IMG/VR virus record: IMGVR_UViG_3300033463_000004
Coordinates: 96,001 to 160,000 of that record
Source: a virus
Taxonomy: Duplodnaviria; Caudoviricetes
Length of the DNA: 64,000 bases
Strand: one strand, 5' to 3'
Position numbers and translations under genes: made by a program. Of this stretch, positions 1 through 12,400 are shown in pieces. Position 1 is the first letter of the stretch, and every line of letters starts with the position of its first letter. The notes below the pieces were generated by a model. That model was not told the origin of the DNA. It saw only the letters and a program-made list of their open reading frames with translations, and ran no database searches.

Positions 1-3000
1 GTCTATGTAATTTGATAAATATTCCAGACCAGTTTTAATTGTGTATGTATTGATAATTTGTCCCTGATACACTTGATCAGGTGTTGTATTATCAAATATT
101 TGTGCAGGATTTTGATCGAAGTCTGGAACAAACATGGGTCCATCAATTTTTTCATACGGAATATTTTCAAATAATTGTGGTGTGATATAATCTTCACCAT
201 AACCACCGAACATTGATGGATCACTCATGAATTCAAGTATCGGAGATGGGTCATAGATTTCTGGAATATCAAAAGCGCTTGGAGTATATTCGTCACCAGA
301 ACCGACATATCTAATTACAATTCCTTGGTTATAACCGTTGGAATTATATTTATTTATATCAATTCCAGATCCATTTGTAGGCATTGAACCATGGCTCAAA
401 TAATAATTCGCGATGTTCTGACCCTTTACTGATTCAGAATTATTAGTAGGATCACCACCATTGAATCCATACCATTGTCCACCATATTGGAAAGCTGCCA
501 TATGTGCATGCCACATAGTTTGATCATATCTACCATTTGCTTGTGATGGAAGTGTTATATCACCTGCTTGATATGTCCCATCATTTGCAATTATCCAATC
601 TTTTGATTTTTTGCCATTTTTATCATAGATATTTGGGCGACCATCAGAGTTATTGATACCCCAACCACCGGGAGTACCATTTGCCCAACCCATATACATA
701 TTTCCTTGATATGTGTTTGTATAATTACGATTGTTGTCTTTTGGTAAATAATAACCCATACGTTTTACTATTGCTGCCTGTGTACCAGTACACATCGCGG
801 ACATATTATCAATGACCATTCCATCATCAAAGCGAACATTTTTCAATATAGCGCCGTGACCATATGGTCCATGATCTCGTTTTTGTGCTTTCAATGCAGC
901 AAGAAATGTTTCAGATGCTGCAGTCAATACTTTCTTTTTTCCTCTTAATGAAGATGACGATGCTGACGATTTACCTTTTGATCGTTTTGTGGTTGACAAT
1001 GTTTTTGATTGTTGCTTCGTTCTGGATATTGAATTTGCTGACGATACCGATGTTCCATTATATCGCCAAATTTTTTTCATACGATCCATACCGCCATTGT
1101 ATACCCATGGTATATCTTTTTTGCCGTTCAAATATGCTACTGCTGCTGCAGGAGATTGAGCAATACCGCAACCACCATCGAGACCACGAGGAGAACCCTG
1201 CAGATCAACAATTGGCATTGTAAGGTGACCACTATTGTTACCTGGTGGCGGTGGAAATGCGAGAATATCACCCGGTTCTAGTTTTGATTTAGAATACTCC
1301 AAAACTGTCCAGTCCTTTGATGGAGTCTTTGCAGTAGGTGAATCGTATATTAATGTGTTTTTAGTCTGAGTACCCCATGTTCCTGAACGTAAACCAATAT
1401 CACCAACATCATACCCATTTGCATCTCTGAGAGTATAACCAAGTTCTTGTATTGCAGCGGACATTGTACCAGAGCAGTCTGGACGAATTTGTCTGGTATG
1501 ACCTGAACGAGTTGTAATTGAATTTGGCCATAAACCGTTGCTATATGTTACTGATGGATTTGTTTTTTGATATGCTTCGAAAATCTCGGCAGCTGATTCA
1601 ATTAAATCATCTTTTCCAAGATTACCTGAACCTTTGCGTGAAGAAGATTTTTTAACCTTACGACGTTTTGCTTTTGTCTTTGGACCGACATATCTGATCC
1701 AATAACTCATCGGTGGAGCAATTGCACCGAGTTGATCTGTCCATTGATGATCATTGAACCATCTTCCTGGAACTGGATTCAATTTGGTATCGGTTGGGAA
1801 TTGTCCATGTTTCAAATAGTATTCACCAAGTTTAACAGAACTCGCGAGAGAATCGTCAGCACCACCATTGAAACCAAACCAGTTTCCATCAGCACCTTGA
1901 TATGCTCCCATATGTGCGTGTGCGCCACCGGTTCCATTGAATGTAATGTCACCTGCTTGCGCTCCGCCAGGTCCTCCAAATATCCAATCCTGAGACACAT
2001 TACCATCACGATCATAGATGTTTGGATGACCATCAGAAGCACCCCAACCCCATGAACTTGAACCATGTTGTCCACTGACTTGATACATTTGGTCGTCACC
2101 TTGATATGTGTCAGAATATTGTCTACCATTTGATGGTAAATAATATCCCATACGTTTGACAATTGCTGCCATCATTGCTGTACAATGGACAGGCGAAATT
2201 TTGTCAATAACCATACCATCATCAAATTCAACATCAGTGACTGATGTACCATTCCAATGAAGATCACTACCTGCACGTTTTCTAACAGCAGTAAATACTT
2301 CAGATGCAGCTTGGAAAATATCTCCAGTGCCACCTTCATAATAGTATTCGTCATCGTAATATTCATCATCATCACGTGCTGCATTTATAAAATCTGCAAG
2401 AGCTTGGAAAAGTTTTCCAGAATTTGATTGTGCTTTTTTGTCTTCTTCTTTAAAGAATTTTTCAAAACTATTTTCACCATTATCATCTTTTCCAAATAAT
2501 GTTTCATTAATAAGACTTATTGCATCTGACTCTGTAGCGTCTGCATTTTTCTTTACTCGTTCTTTGACGATCTCAGCAGCGGCCATTGTCCAGTATTTTT
2601 CTTTGTCCTTTTCATATCTAGCACGATATTCTTCATCGGTTTCACCATGAAGTTGTTCATTGTTTATTGTTGATTTAAACAATTCAAAAGCACGATCATC
2701 AATTTCTTTACGTGCATCATCATCCAATCCAGCCGCGTCAAATTGTGCTTTTGTATAAGCTTCCTTATCTTTCGCCGTCTGTAGTTTTGTTTCGGTATCT
2801 GCCTGATCAATATCAAATAATGAGAAAATTCCAGAAGCTAATGATTTAATATTTGACAAAGCTTCTTGTACTGAATCATCAAACTTATATGGTGCACGTT
2901 CATCTCCAGAACCATAAATACCATCCATCGGAGATCCATTTAATTTGTTAATCGTTGTTTGTTTTTGATTTACAAGTTTCTTTTCTGTCTCATCACTCGT

Positions 3001-6000
3001 TGATGTCTTTTCACTCGTTCCAAGTAACTTATTCATTGAACTTGTGGCAAGAGCAATACTACTCTTCAATCCAGAAGTAACATTATCAACACCTGATTTG
3101 AATAAGTTCTCACCGGATTTTGCGATTTCTTTACCTTTTTCATATAAAGAACCACTGCCAAGTGATAATGTTAATACACCGATTGCTGATAATATCCAAC
3201 CATGAACGGTGATGATTGTTCCAAGACCAACTTGAAGAATACCTGTGATAATCTGAAACGCATTTGCAACACCTTGAATGATGGGAACAATTACAGTTTC
3301 CATCACAGCGGTCAACGGAACAACCAATATATCCAAAACATCTGTAACAATTTTGAGAATCGGTTTTAATATATCCATCATCTGTTCAAGCAATGGACCA
3401 ATTGCTTCGAATATCGGTTGCATGATGTCGATAATTGATATGACTATATCAGAAAGATAACTTACAATCTTATTCAGAACTTTCCCAATTGTTTTCATTG
3501 TTGGTTTGATTGCTTTGTACAATGATTGGAAAGCTTTGTTCAAAGGTTTCAATGAATTCGTCAATACTTTATGGATCATATCAGTAATCAGTTTGAAACC
3601 TTTCATTGATACAACAACTGTTAGAACAGCTTGTAATATTCCAGAAAGAACACCAAGTAATCCACCAAGTATCTTACCCATATCAAATGCAAGTGATTTC
3701 TTTTTCTGTTTCTGTTGTTGTTTTTTCTTTTCTTCTTCAGCCTTTTGTTTATTAAGAGCTGTATCAAATAAATTCTTAAATTGATCTTGAATATCATCAA
3801 TCACATTAAAAATCTTATTGAATACAGATCCCATAGGTGACGTTGAACTTAATATAGAATCAATCTTTTCTGATGATTGATCTGATAATGAACTTGGTGT
3901 AATTTTTGATTTTTCTTTTTGATGTTTTGAAAATGATGAAAGAACACCTTGACCAAATTCACTCTTGCCAAGTTTATCTTTTATCTTATTGCCAATATTT
4001 GAAATTGCTTTTCCTGGAGCGCTTTCTTTCAGCATATCTGTTAAACCACCAAACAATGAATCTGAATCATTAGTGGTAGCTGTCTTTTGTTCTGATTTCG
4101 TCGTTGTTTTTGTATGCTGCCGGGGCTTGACACGAGTTTTAATTCCAGTGAATCCTTCTTTAACAGCGTTTGCTCCAGTCTTCATTTTATTTACAGAATC
4201 AGAAAGCATGGATTTGACAAAGTTTGTCACACTATTATTCAAAAACAGTTTTGCACCAGAAATAATTTTTGTAAAGAAACTTTTTGCAGTTGATAATATA
4301 AACAGAAATGTTTTACCAATGAATGATTTCTTTTCTTCCTTCTTAGAACTGCGTTCGATTGAACCTGACACAATTGTTTTCAATCGTTGTTGAACATTAA
4401 AATTCCTCATTGTTCCAAGTTGCTGTGTAATATTATTTGCGTTTGTATTTCCAGAAGATGCAGACGCCATTAACATATACGATGCTTCATTGACTTTTTC
4501 TTCATCTTCTTCATCTGTTTTATTTTCAGATGTCTTTTCTGGCACAGTAACAACTGGTACATCCACATTCGTTTCAAGTTGTGGTTTTTCATTCATTTTG
4601 TCACGAGTTGTATGTTGTGCTTTAATAGATTTGAATCCTTTATTTGCATTAACAAAATAAACATTTACGCCACGATTCAGAATTTCAAATATCTTAGATA
4701 TAATCAATAAACGATTTCGTTGTTGTCCCATTAAAAGATTTTCCATTACATCAGTAGCGGAATCTTCGATTTTTTCATTCAAATCAGCAAAAGATGTAAT
4801 GGGTTTATCCAGCTCTTCTAATTGTTCTTTTGATAATGATTCACGTTGAACATATCCATCCCGAATCAATTGTCGAAGAGTCTTCCCCTCAAATTCAAAT
4901 CGAGATGAATCATACTTCATACGTTCCAACGCACGTAAATCAAACATTTTTTGTGTAAATTGTACATCAGTCACTTTTGAAGATTCTGCAATATTTCGTT
5001 TTGCTGCATTATCTAAACCATACAACGCACGATTAATTGCTGATGCAAAATTGGATCGATAATTTTTATCAGCAATCAATTTTGATGAATAAACTGATAT
5101 AATATCCAACCAATATTTTGCAGTTTTGCCTTTACCTTTTGCAAGTAATTCTGCAATGTGTAAATGTAATCCTTGATCTCCGCCATTGATAAAGAAATCT
5201 GGACTCAAATGATTCGTGGAATGTTCTGATGAATATATGTAATACACATATTGTTGCACCATAATACGGAGAACTTCACGCATATCTGCTGATGTAAATT
5301 CATCATCAATATTCTTTACAGATTCATATGTCTCTTTAATTTGTGATTCTGAAATAGATGTAGAATCGAAAGTAACATCAATCGATTTTACAAATTTATT
5401 TTCAATTGCAGCAGTTGTTAAACTTCCATTCGCAGCAATGTTATATTTCTTTCCAGTCAAAGCATTCGTAATCTGTTTCAAATAATCAGGAATAATCGAT
5501 ATGATTGTTTTACGAACCATATTATCGAATATAGCCGGATTTCGATCAAAACCACCTTCAACAAATCTTCCATAATCTTTTACATACGAACCATAAGGAT
5601 TCATATGTTTCTTTATGAATGGAATCTCAAATATTTTTGTAAGTAAATTATGCTGGAATGATTGTACTTTTTCATTTACTTTTCTATCAATAACAGTCAA
5701 TCCAGTCATATCCATCAATGATTCTGTAATTGATTTCGTAACTTGCTGGCGGTTATTCTTGATATAATTTGATAACGAATCAACTGTAAGTCTTCCAGAT
5801 GATTGATGTAATTGATTCTTTCTTTGTTCTTTTCGTATTTGGTCCAACATGTTGGATGAAGATTGAATTAATAAATCCAATTTCTTTGAAATTTCTAATG
5901 TGGTTGAATCAATCGTACGTAAACTTGCTAATGTTTCTGCAGAACGATCATTGATTGTACTGATAATCATCGATGCATTATATAATTTCGATTCAATTTG

Positions 6001-6360
6001 TTTTGATGCAATCTTATGCATTTCACGATTACGTGCACGTATAAGATCTTTCATGTTATCTGCATCAAGAACTTTTGTTTCTTGTTCTTCTGAATTATTA
6101 TATCTGAAACCCGCATCAAATTCTTCATCGTCAGTTTCTAATGGAGAAGTTGTATTATATGGATCTTCAGATTTATTTGAGAACCATTGGAATACAGAAC
6201 GAATATGTTTGTTATTACGTTTTAATTCAGAAACTTGAAGTGACGTGTTTTGATATGTTCCCATGATACTCGACTTAATCTTTGAGGCGTCTGTTGCAAT
6301 TTGTCGAACGGTTGTGTACGTCGACGAATGTGACAATATATCACTCATCAAGTTTGCCAT
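1..6360 (-). CDS. Giant tail-associated peptidoglycan hydrolase / tape-measure-like protein, paralog B, with three NlpC/P60-like domains (3' end beyond left edge, >2120 aa)
   Basis: Not in the ORF track because no stop is reached. ATG at 6360 follows GAAAGGAAGTG. Manual translation of several segments stays in one open frame to base 1: MANLMSDIL...DDEEFDAGF...KVLD, homologous to the 13978 gene; NGSPMDGIYGSGD near 2900; Cys-His domains VHCTAMM...AGDI...HAHMG (~2330-1700), PDCSG...LEPGDIL...GHLTM (~1610-1050), AMCTG...AGDI...HAHMA (~930-300). Not every codon was checked. Confidence 0.8.
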   Translation of the reverse strand, partial: MANLMSDILSHSSTYTTVRQIATDASKIKSSIMGTYQNTSLQVSELKRNNKHIRSVFQWFSNKSEDPYNTTSPLETDDEEFDAGFRYNNSEEQETKVLDADNMKDLIRARNREMHKIASKQIESKLYNASMIISTINDRSAETLASLRTIDSTTLEISKKLDLLIQSSSNMLDQIRKEQRKNQLHQSSGRLTVDSLSNYIKNNRQQVTKSITESLMDMTGLTVIDRKVNEKVQSFQHNLLTKIFEIPFIKKHMNPYGSYVKDYGRFVEGGFDRNPAIFDNMVRKTIISIIPDYLKQITNALTGKKYNIAANGSLTTAAIENKFVKSIDVTFDSTSISESQIKETYESVKNIDDEFTSADMREVLRIMVQQYVYYIYSSEHSTNHLSPDFFINGGDQGLHLHIAELLAKGKGKTAKYWLDIISVYSSKLIADKNYRSNFASAINRALYGLDNAAKRNIAESSKVTDVQFTQKMFDLRALERMKYDSSRFEFEGKTLRQLIRDGYVQRESLSKEQLEELDKPITSFADLNEKIEDSATDVMENLLMGQQRNRLLIISKIFEILNRGVNVYFVNANKGFKSIKAQHTTRDKMNEKPQLETNVDVPVVTVPEKTSENKTDEEDEEKVNEASYMLMASASSGNTNANNITQQLGTMRNFNVQQRLKTIVSGSIERSSKKEEKKSFIGKTFLFILSTAKSFFTKIISGAKLFLNNSVTNFVKSMLSDSVNKMKTGANAVKEGFTGIKTRVKPRQHTKTTTKSEQKTATTNDSDSLFGGLTDMLKESAPGKAISNIGNKIKDKLGKSEFGQGVLSSFSKHQKEKSKITPSSLSDQSSEKIDSILSSTSPMGSVFNKIFNVIDDIQDQFKNLFDTALNKQKAEEEKKKQQQKQKKKSLAFDMGKILGGLLGVLSGILQAVLTVVVSMKGFKLITDMIHKVLTNSLKPLNKAFQSLYKAIKPTMKTIGKVLNKIVSYLSDIVISIIDIMQPIFEAIGPLLEQMMDILKPILKIVTDVLDILVVPLTAVMETVIVPIIQGVANAFQIITGILQVGLGTIITVHGWILSAIGVLTLSLGSGSLYEKGKEIAKSGENLFKSGVDNVTSGLKSSIALATSSMNKLLGTSEKTSTSDETEKKLVNQKQTTINKLNGSPMDGIYGSGDERAPYKFDDSVQEALSNIKSLASGIFSLFDIDQADTETKLQTAKDKEAYTKAQFDAAGLDDDARKEIDDRAFELFKSTINNEQLHGETDEEYRARYEKDKEKYWTMAAAEIVKERVKKNADATESDAISLINETLFGKDDNGENSFEKFFKEEDKKAQSNSGKLFQALADFINAARDDDEYYDDEYYYEGGTGDIFQAASEVFTAVRKRAGSDLHWNGTSVTDVEFDDGMVIDKISPVHCTAMMAAIVKRMGYYLPSNGRQYSDTYQGDDQMYQVSGQHGSSSWGWGASDGHPNIYDRDGNVSQDWIFGGPGGAQAGDITFNGTGGAHAHMGAYQGADGNWFGFNGGADDSLASSVKLGEYYLKHGQFPTDTKLNPVPGRWFNDHQWTDQLGAIAPPMSYWIRYVGPKTKAKRRKVKKSSSRKGSGNLGKDDLIESAAEIFEAYQKTNPSVTYSNGLWPNSITTRSGHTRQIRPDCSGTMSAAIQELGYTLRDANGYDVGDIGLRSGTWGTQTKNTLIYDSPTAKTPSKDWTVLEYSKSKLEPGDILAFPPPPGNNSGHLTMPIVDLQGSPRGLDGGCGIAQSPAAAVAYLNGKKDIPWVYNGGMDRMKKIWRYNGTSVSSANSISRTKQQSKTLSTTKRSKGKSSASSSSLRGKKKVLTAASETFLAALKAQKRDHGPYGHGAILKNVRFDDGMVIDNMSAMCTGTQAAIVKRMGYYLPKDNNRNYTNTYQGNMYMGWANGTPGGWGINNSDGRPNIYDKNGKKSKDWIIANDGTYQAGDITLPSQANGRYDQTMWHAHMAAFQYGGQWYGFNGGDPTNNSESVKGQNIANYYLSHGSMPTNGSGIDINKYNSNGYNQGIVIRYVGSGDEYTPSAFDIPEIYDPSPILEFMSDPSMFGGYGEDYITPQLFENIPYEKIDGPMFVPDFDQNPAQIFDNTTPDQVYQGQIINTYTIKTGLEYLSNYID

Positions 6361-6404
6361 ATTCATTCACTTCCTTTCAATATAAAATTATAATTATGAA
6401 TACA

Positions 6405-6426
6405 GAAGGGCTCGTGAGAGCCCTTC
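6405..6426 (-). terminator. Stem-loop between the two giant paralogs (terminator or processing site)
   Basis: GAAGGGCTC-gtga-GAGCCCTTC, 20 nt downstream of the 6446 stop; weak U-tract. Confidence 0.55.
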
Positions 6427-6445
6427 CATATCCATTTTATATACA

Positions 6446-9400
6446 TTATCCGACAGACAGACGTTCGACCTGTCTGGGGATACCTTGGTCTGGAAAAGCA
6501 GCTTCATTTGATTGCTTACTTGTCCGTCCTGTTGTGGATGCAGTTTGTCCACGTTTTTTACGTTCTTTCATCAACTTTAACATTCCGGCCAACAACGATT
6601 CGATCTCTTCGGAACGAATGTTGTACGTATTCGACATTAACATATCGATGACAGCATCACCGGTATGATCAACTGCATAATTATTTACGACAGTCGGATA
6701 TGCTTGTTGTTCAATTTGATCCATTGAGAACAATGATGACAATCCTTGATCGAATCCACCACCATAATTTGTAGATGGTATAAATACAGAAGATACATCA
6801 CCATTGCCTTTATTATTCAGCATGTCAACATATGATTGACGTCTTGAATGATCATTTGTTTCAGTATATGTTGTCGTACCTGTTGTAGATGAATTGTTAA
6901 TCACATTTATACCATTATTCACTTGCGCAGATGAAACATCTGGCCAATAAATTGAGCCATCTTTATTTACTCTGATTCTACCTGCAGATTTATTATTCTT
7001 AAAATAAACATTTCCATCTGATGTATCATAGTATAATTTATATCCATTATGATATGCATTATTGTTGAAATCATTCGCCATGTCACCACGGGACAATTTA
7101 TTTGCATAAGAATTTGAATAATTTGTATAAATAGCTTGCCAAATTTTACGCAAATCAACATCAGATGTTCCTGTTGTAATAACACTACTCTGTTGTGCCG
7201 TACTACTTGATGAATTCTTAAGTTGTTGCTCACCGTTGATGAAACTTCTTGCATTTTCACCAGCGTGTGTTTTATAATAACTATCTGTATCAACATAAAT
7301 CTTCATGAACTTTCCGCTACCTAAGTTTGCTTGTCGTTCAACATATTTATGTTTATTTGTAAACGCTTGTGCATCAGCAGTTGCATTTCCAGTTGGTACA
7401 TAGTAATCAAATAATTTTTGATTAGCTTTGTTATAGGCCGTACCAGTTCGTCCTGTTATTGTTGTTGAATATCTATATGGGGTACCATCCGTTTTATCAG
7501 ACAATGTGGTGTATGATGATTGAGCCGATGTTGCTGCAGCCGGAACAGTTGCGCCGAATCCTTCAGATTCAGTCAATGATGTTGGTGATGTTGATATTGT
7601 CGATGATGTATTATAACGAATATTAGATCTTCTACCACCTTCATCAATATACCCTTCATCAAGCAACCAGTTGTATACACCAACAGCTGTTCCAATATAC
7701 TTACGCGGACCTTCCATTTGGTGAATGACTGCAGGAACCAAAGCTGTACGATACCAATGTTCAGATCCTTCAATCAAATCTTCTTTATTCATATATGGTC
7801 CATATCGATCACCGAAGTCAAGAGCCCATCCGTCTCTACCTGTCGCAGCCATATATGCTCGTAAATCAGCATCGTCATATTGGTTATGTGACACAAGAGC
7901 ACGACCGTCTTTTGTATCCTCGTCAAAATATGTGCGTTGGATATATTGCAATTGTTTTTCAACTGTATCGCCATAATCAACACTCGTATCAACCCAGTTC
8001 ATTAGACCGACTGCCTGTTGACTATTCGAGTCATATGTGACATTTAAGAGTGATTTATCACCCCATAATTTATCACCACCGTCTTCCCAGATGCCCATAG
8101 ATGTTATAGCAGCAACTTCCGGACCTGTTAAACCAGCATCAAAAGCAGTTTGCATGAATTTTGAAACACCCGTTTTGTTTTTATGGAAAGACCAAATATC
8201 ACCAGCTTCAAGATCACCCTCATATTCAATTTCGCCGTATGGTGCATTACTACGACTACCTTCATGCCATTTAAAGAATGCATGAGGGTTCAAAATTTCA
8301 CCAGTATCGCCATCCCGGATTTCATAGTGCAAATGCTGACCTGTCGATTCACCGGTACTTCCCATGATACCGAGTTGATCGCCGCCATAAACGTAGTCAC
8401 CGACTTTAACCAATGGACCAGGATCTTCGCGCATATGTGCATAAAGGTGAATGTCTCCACCTTCGTCCTGAATTTTGACATAAGTTCCGTATCCGTCGCC
8501 ATATGATGTCTTAGCAGTTCCTATAACTACACCATCGGTTGTTGAAAGTATTGGGATATCACCGCCTAAAGTGAAGTCAACACCGGAGTGTGCACGTCCA
8601 TCATTAGTACCTTCTGCATCCTTATCAACAGGACGTCCACGCCATCTGAACGGACTTGACATCATAGTTCCCAATAACATCTTATCCATCCACTCACCCA
8701 TGACTGTGTTCGGAACAGCTGTACTAGTCCATCCAGTTGCATCATTTTCAAATACAGAAGGCTGATATTCATCTGTATACAACCGTGCACCATTATCAGA
8801 ATAGAATCCAGCATCTTCGTCATCATCCCAATAGTCACCAATCATATCTTGTAACTTGGAGAAGAACATTCCTTGTGATACACTGTCATTGTGTTTCTTC
8901 ATGCCTTCTGTTAAGCTGTCAAACAATCCACCTTTTCGTTCACCGGTTTCAGAATCAAATTCTCCAAGATTCTTTTTGATAAATCCTGGTAATGTTTCAT
9001 CTGTATAGCCAGCAGCTTTCTTGGCAGCATCTTCGAGACGTTTTGTACCAGCGACAGTGATATAGTGATTGTAAGTTGTGGTTTTCTTAAATCGTTTTTC
9101 ATATTCAGCGTTCGTTTCGCCTTTATATTTTGGATTTTCTTGTTTAAATAATTCAAATGCTTCTTTTTCTAATTTTTGTTTTTCTTCATCTGTCATATCA
9201 CCAAGATCAGTCAATACTTTATCATATTTCAATTTATCTTGTTCATTCTTGAGTTTTGCTTCAGTGCTTTCTTCACCTGTAAAGATTCCAATGATACCAC
9301 CGACAAGATCTTTCAATGTTTGCAACGCTTCTTGCACTTCGTCAGAGAACGAATATGGATATGTAGCATCACCAGATCCGTATACATTGAAAGCACCACG

Positions 9401-12400
9401 CGGAACATCACCGGAACCATACAAACCAGCAACAGAATTTGCTGCAAGTGAAGAAATTGAACGTCGTTCAATACGTCCATTCATTGGGTTAGAAACAAAT
9501 GCTGTTCCACCAGAAGAACCGATAACATTCATAAAGTGATTATTACCACTTCTGGTTGTGAAGTCTGTACCACTTCCTATCACAGTGATTGGATTACGTG
9601 GTGAAGCTTGTTTTAATGATGCAGGTGTAACACCACCGGCACGGAGATTCATACCCATGGATCCAGCAGTGTTCATAAATCCAGCCACAGAAGTTCCCAT
9701 GTTTGGATTATATGCACCAGAAGATGCCATAGCAGAAGTTAATCCACGCGCATTAACTGATGTACCTGAGCGTCTTGCATAAGCATCTGCTAATGCAATA
9801 GGTCCACAACCACGAGAATTCATATTCATGAAGTTTCCATAGCGGTTCTGGTTTGCTCCTGCACCACCATAGATGTTTCTGATATCACCATTACCATATA
9901 CGCCATCCATCGGTGAACCATTTAATGTGCCAATAATTTCTTGACGTTTTTGGACTTTTGTTTCTTCTTCAGGTTCCTCATTAGAATCATTTGTACCTAA
10001 TAAATTATTCATTGTATTTGTAGCGAGAGCAATACTACTCTTCAATCCAGAAGAAACATTGTCTACACCTGATTTGAATAAGTTCTCACCAGATTCTGCA
10101 ATTGCTTTACCTTTTTCATATAATGACGTTCCACCGAGTATTGATGTCAACACACCAATACCAGTCAATGTCCATCCGAGAACAGTTATGATTGTACCAA
10201 GTCCAACTTGAAGAATACCTGTGATAATTTGTAATGAGTTTCCAACACCTTGTAGAATAGGAACGACCACTGTCTGCATGATGGCAGTCAACGGAACAAC
10301 AAGTATGTTGATCGTGTCAGTGATCATATCAAGAATCGGTTTCAAAATTGTAAGCATTTGTTCGAGTAACGGACCAATTGCTTCAATGATAGGTTGAATA
10401 ATCTTGATAACAGATTCAACAATCTCAACAACATATCCGACAAGTTGTGTTAATACACGTTGGATCGTTTTCATAACAGGTTTGATGGCCTTATACAACG
10501 ATTGGAAAGCTTTGTTCAGAGGTTTCAAAGCAGTTTTCAAAACATTCATCGCAAGATTCATAATGGATTTTACTGCTTTCATGGACAATACAACTGTCAA
10601 TACAGCTTGTAATAATCCACCAAGTATTCCAGTAATACCACCAAGAATCTTACCAATGTCGAAACCAATACCTTTCTTTACAGCTCCAGCGGCAGCAGAT
10701 GCAGCAGAACCAGTAGCTCCACCAGTCATGTCAGTTGTTGCAGGCATTTGTACATTTTGTCGTTGACTTGAAACATTTTCATTGATATCAGCTAAGCTAA
10801 CAGTTGATTGTGATGATGTATCATCACCAATTGATGGCATAGAAGAACCGGTACCAGATATAGTTTCGGATTTACCAGATATTTTTGCAATACCTTCTTT
10901 TACGACGTCACCGATTCCAGCAAGTTTATTGACGATCGTTCCAAAGATAGATCCAGTACCGTCTTTGCTCTTCAAGATATCAACAATCGATTTTGTCATC
11001 TGATCACTCAGCGTCTGAGGTTTCATTTCTTTATTTGATTTTTTCTTTTCAAATGCAGATATAAAACCTTTACCAAAATCAGTTTGTTTAAATTTTTCGA
11101 CAAAATTGTTCATTGCTCGGGTGATTGCATTACCCTTTTTATTTTCTTCTTTTTGTTCGTTAATGTCACCACGTATCTTTTTGATTTCTTGTAATACTTC
11201 AGTATCACGACCACTCTTGATATCTTTACCTTCGCCCATATCTGATAATACAGGTGCACCAAGATCAATCAATGATGACGCAGAAACATCTGTCGTCAAC
11301 GTCTGTTTTGTTGATGTTGGTGTTTCATTGATATCAGATAACATACCATTCAAACGTCTGGATTCTTTATTTTCTCTCATTCTACCAAAGATACCAGATG
11401 ATTCATCCGAACCAAAGAATCCTTCTTTGATAGCATTTGCACCACCAAGAATTCTTTGTCCTGATTGTCTCAAACTGTTGATGATAGGTGAAAGTAATTT
11501 CTTTCCAAGTGTCGTAATGAATGTTTTTGCAGATTGTAATTTTGGTAAAATAAATCCTTTGACGATTCCGAATCCCCAAGTCAATATTTTACCAAGTTTT
11601 GATTGTGCTGGTTTCTTATTTTCTGCACGTTGTAAAGTTCCTTCAACAACTTTCGACAAACGCGCTTTCAGTTTTGGATTCTTGATTTCACTGATCTGTT
11701 GCATCAGTGGTCCAGTATCTTCTTTGGTATCACCATCTTGAACAGATGCATTCATTGCAGCCAGAACAGAATCAGCAATGTATTTATCATTCTTATCGTC
11801 TTCAGAATCACCTAATCCCGCAGCAGTACGTTGTGCCATTACACGATTATAGTCGATTGAAGCAGAATCAATCGTCATTGCTTTTAATGAAGTCATGTCA
11901 GTAGAAAGACGTTCCTTCATTTTATTGATTGGCTTCATCACAAAATTCTTTGCAGAATTAATAGTATCCGACAAAGGATTACCAGATGATGGCATATCTG
12001 GTTGCTGATGATCACCATCTGTTTCTTCACCAGAAATTGTTGGAATTTGAACAGATGGGATCGGAGTAGGTTGTTCATGAGTCAGAGTTGATTGTGGTGA
12101 TGCTGGTGTGTTTTGCTGTGCTTTCTGTAATTCAATTGGTACATATGGTTTATTTCTTCGACGTACAGCATATACATTAACACCACGATTCAGTATTGTG
12201 AATATAGATGCCAAGTAATCAACTGTTGATGCTGTTACATCACGGAAAGTTACACCAATATTACCAATCAACTCAGATTGTTTAATACGTTCACGACGTG
12301 CTTGTTTCAATGCTTCGTCGGATGCACGTGAATTTGGATCAACCCATTTGGGAATATCGCTTCGTTTGATTTCACCTGCTTCAGCACGCTCATTCCATGT

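Noticed and set aside
3-6668. Many short ORFs suggesting a fragmented or pseudogenised region
   Set aside because: A single minus-strand frame from 6360 appears open to the window edge; the short ORFs are off-frame or antisense shadows.
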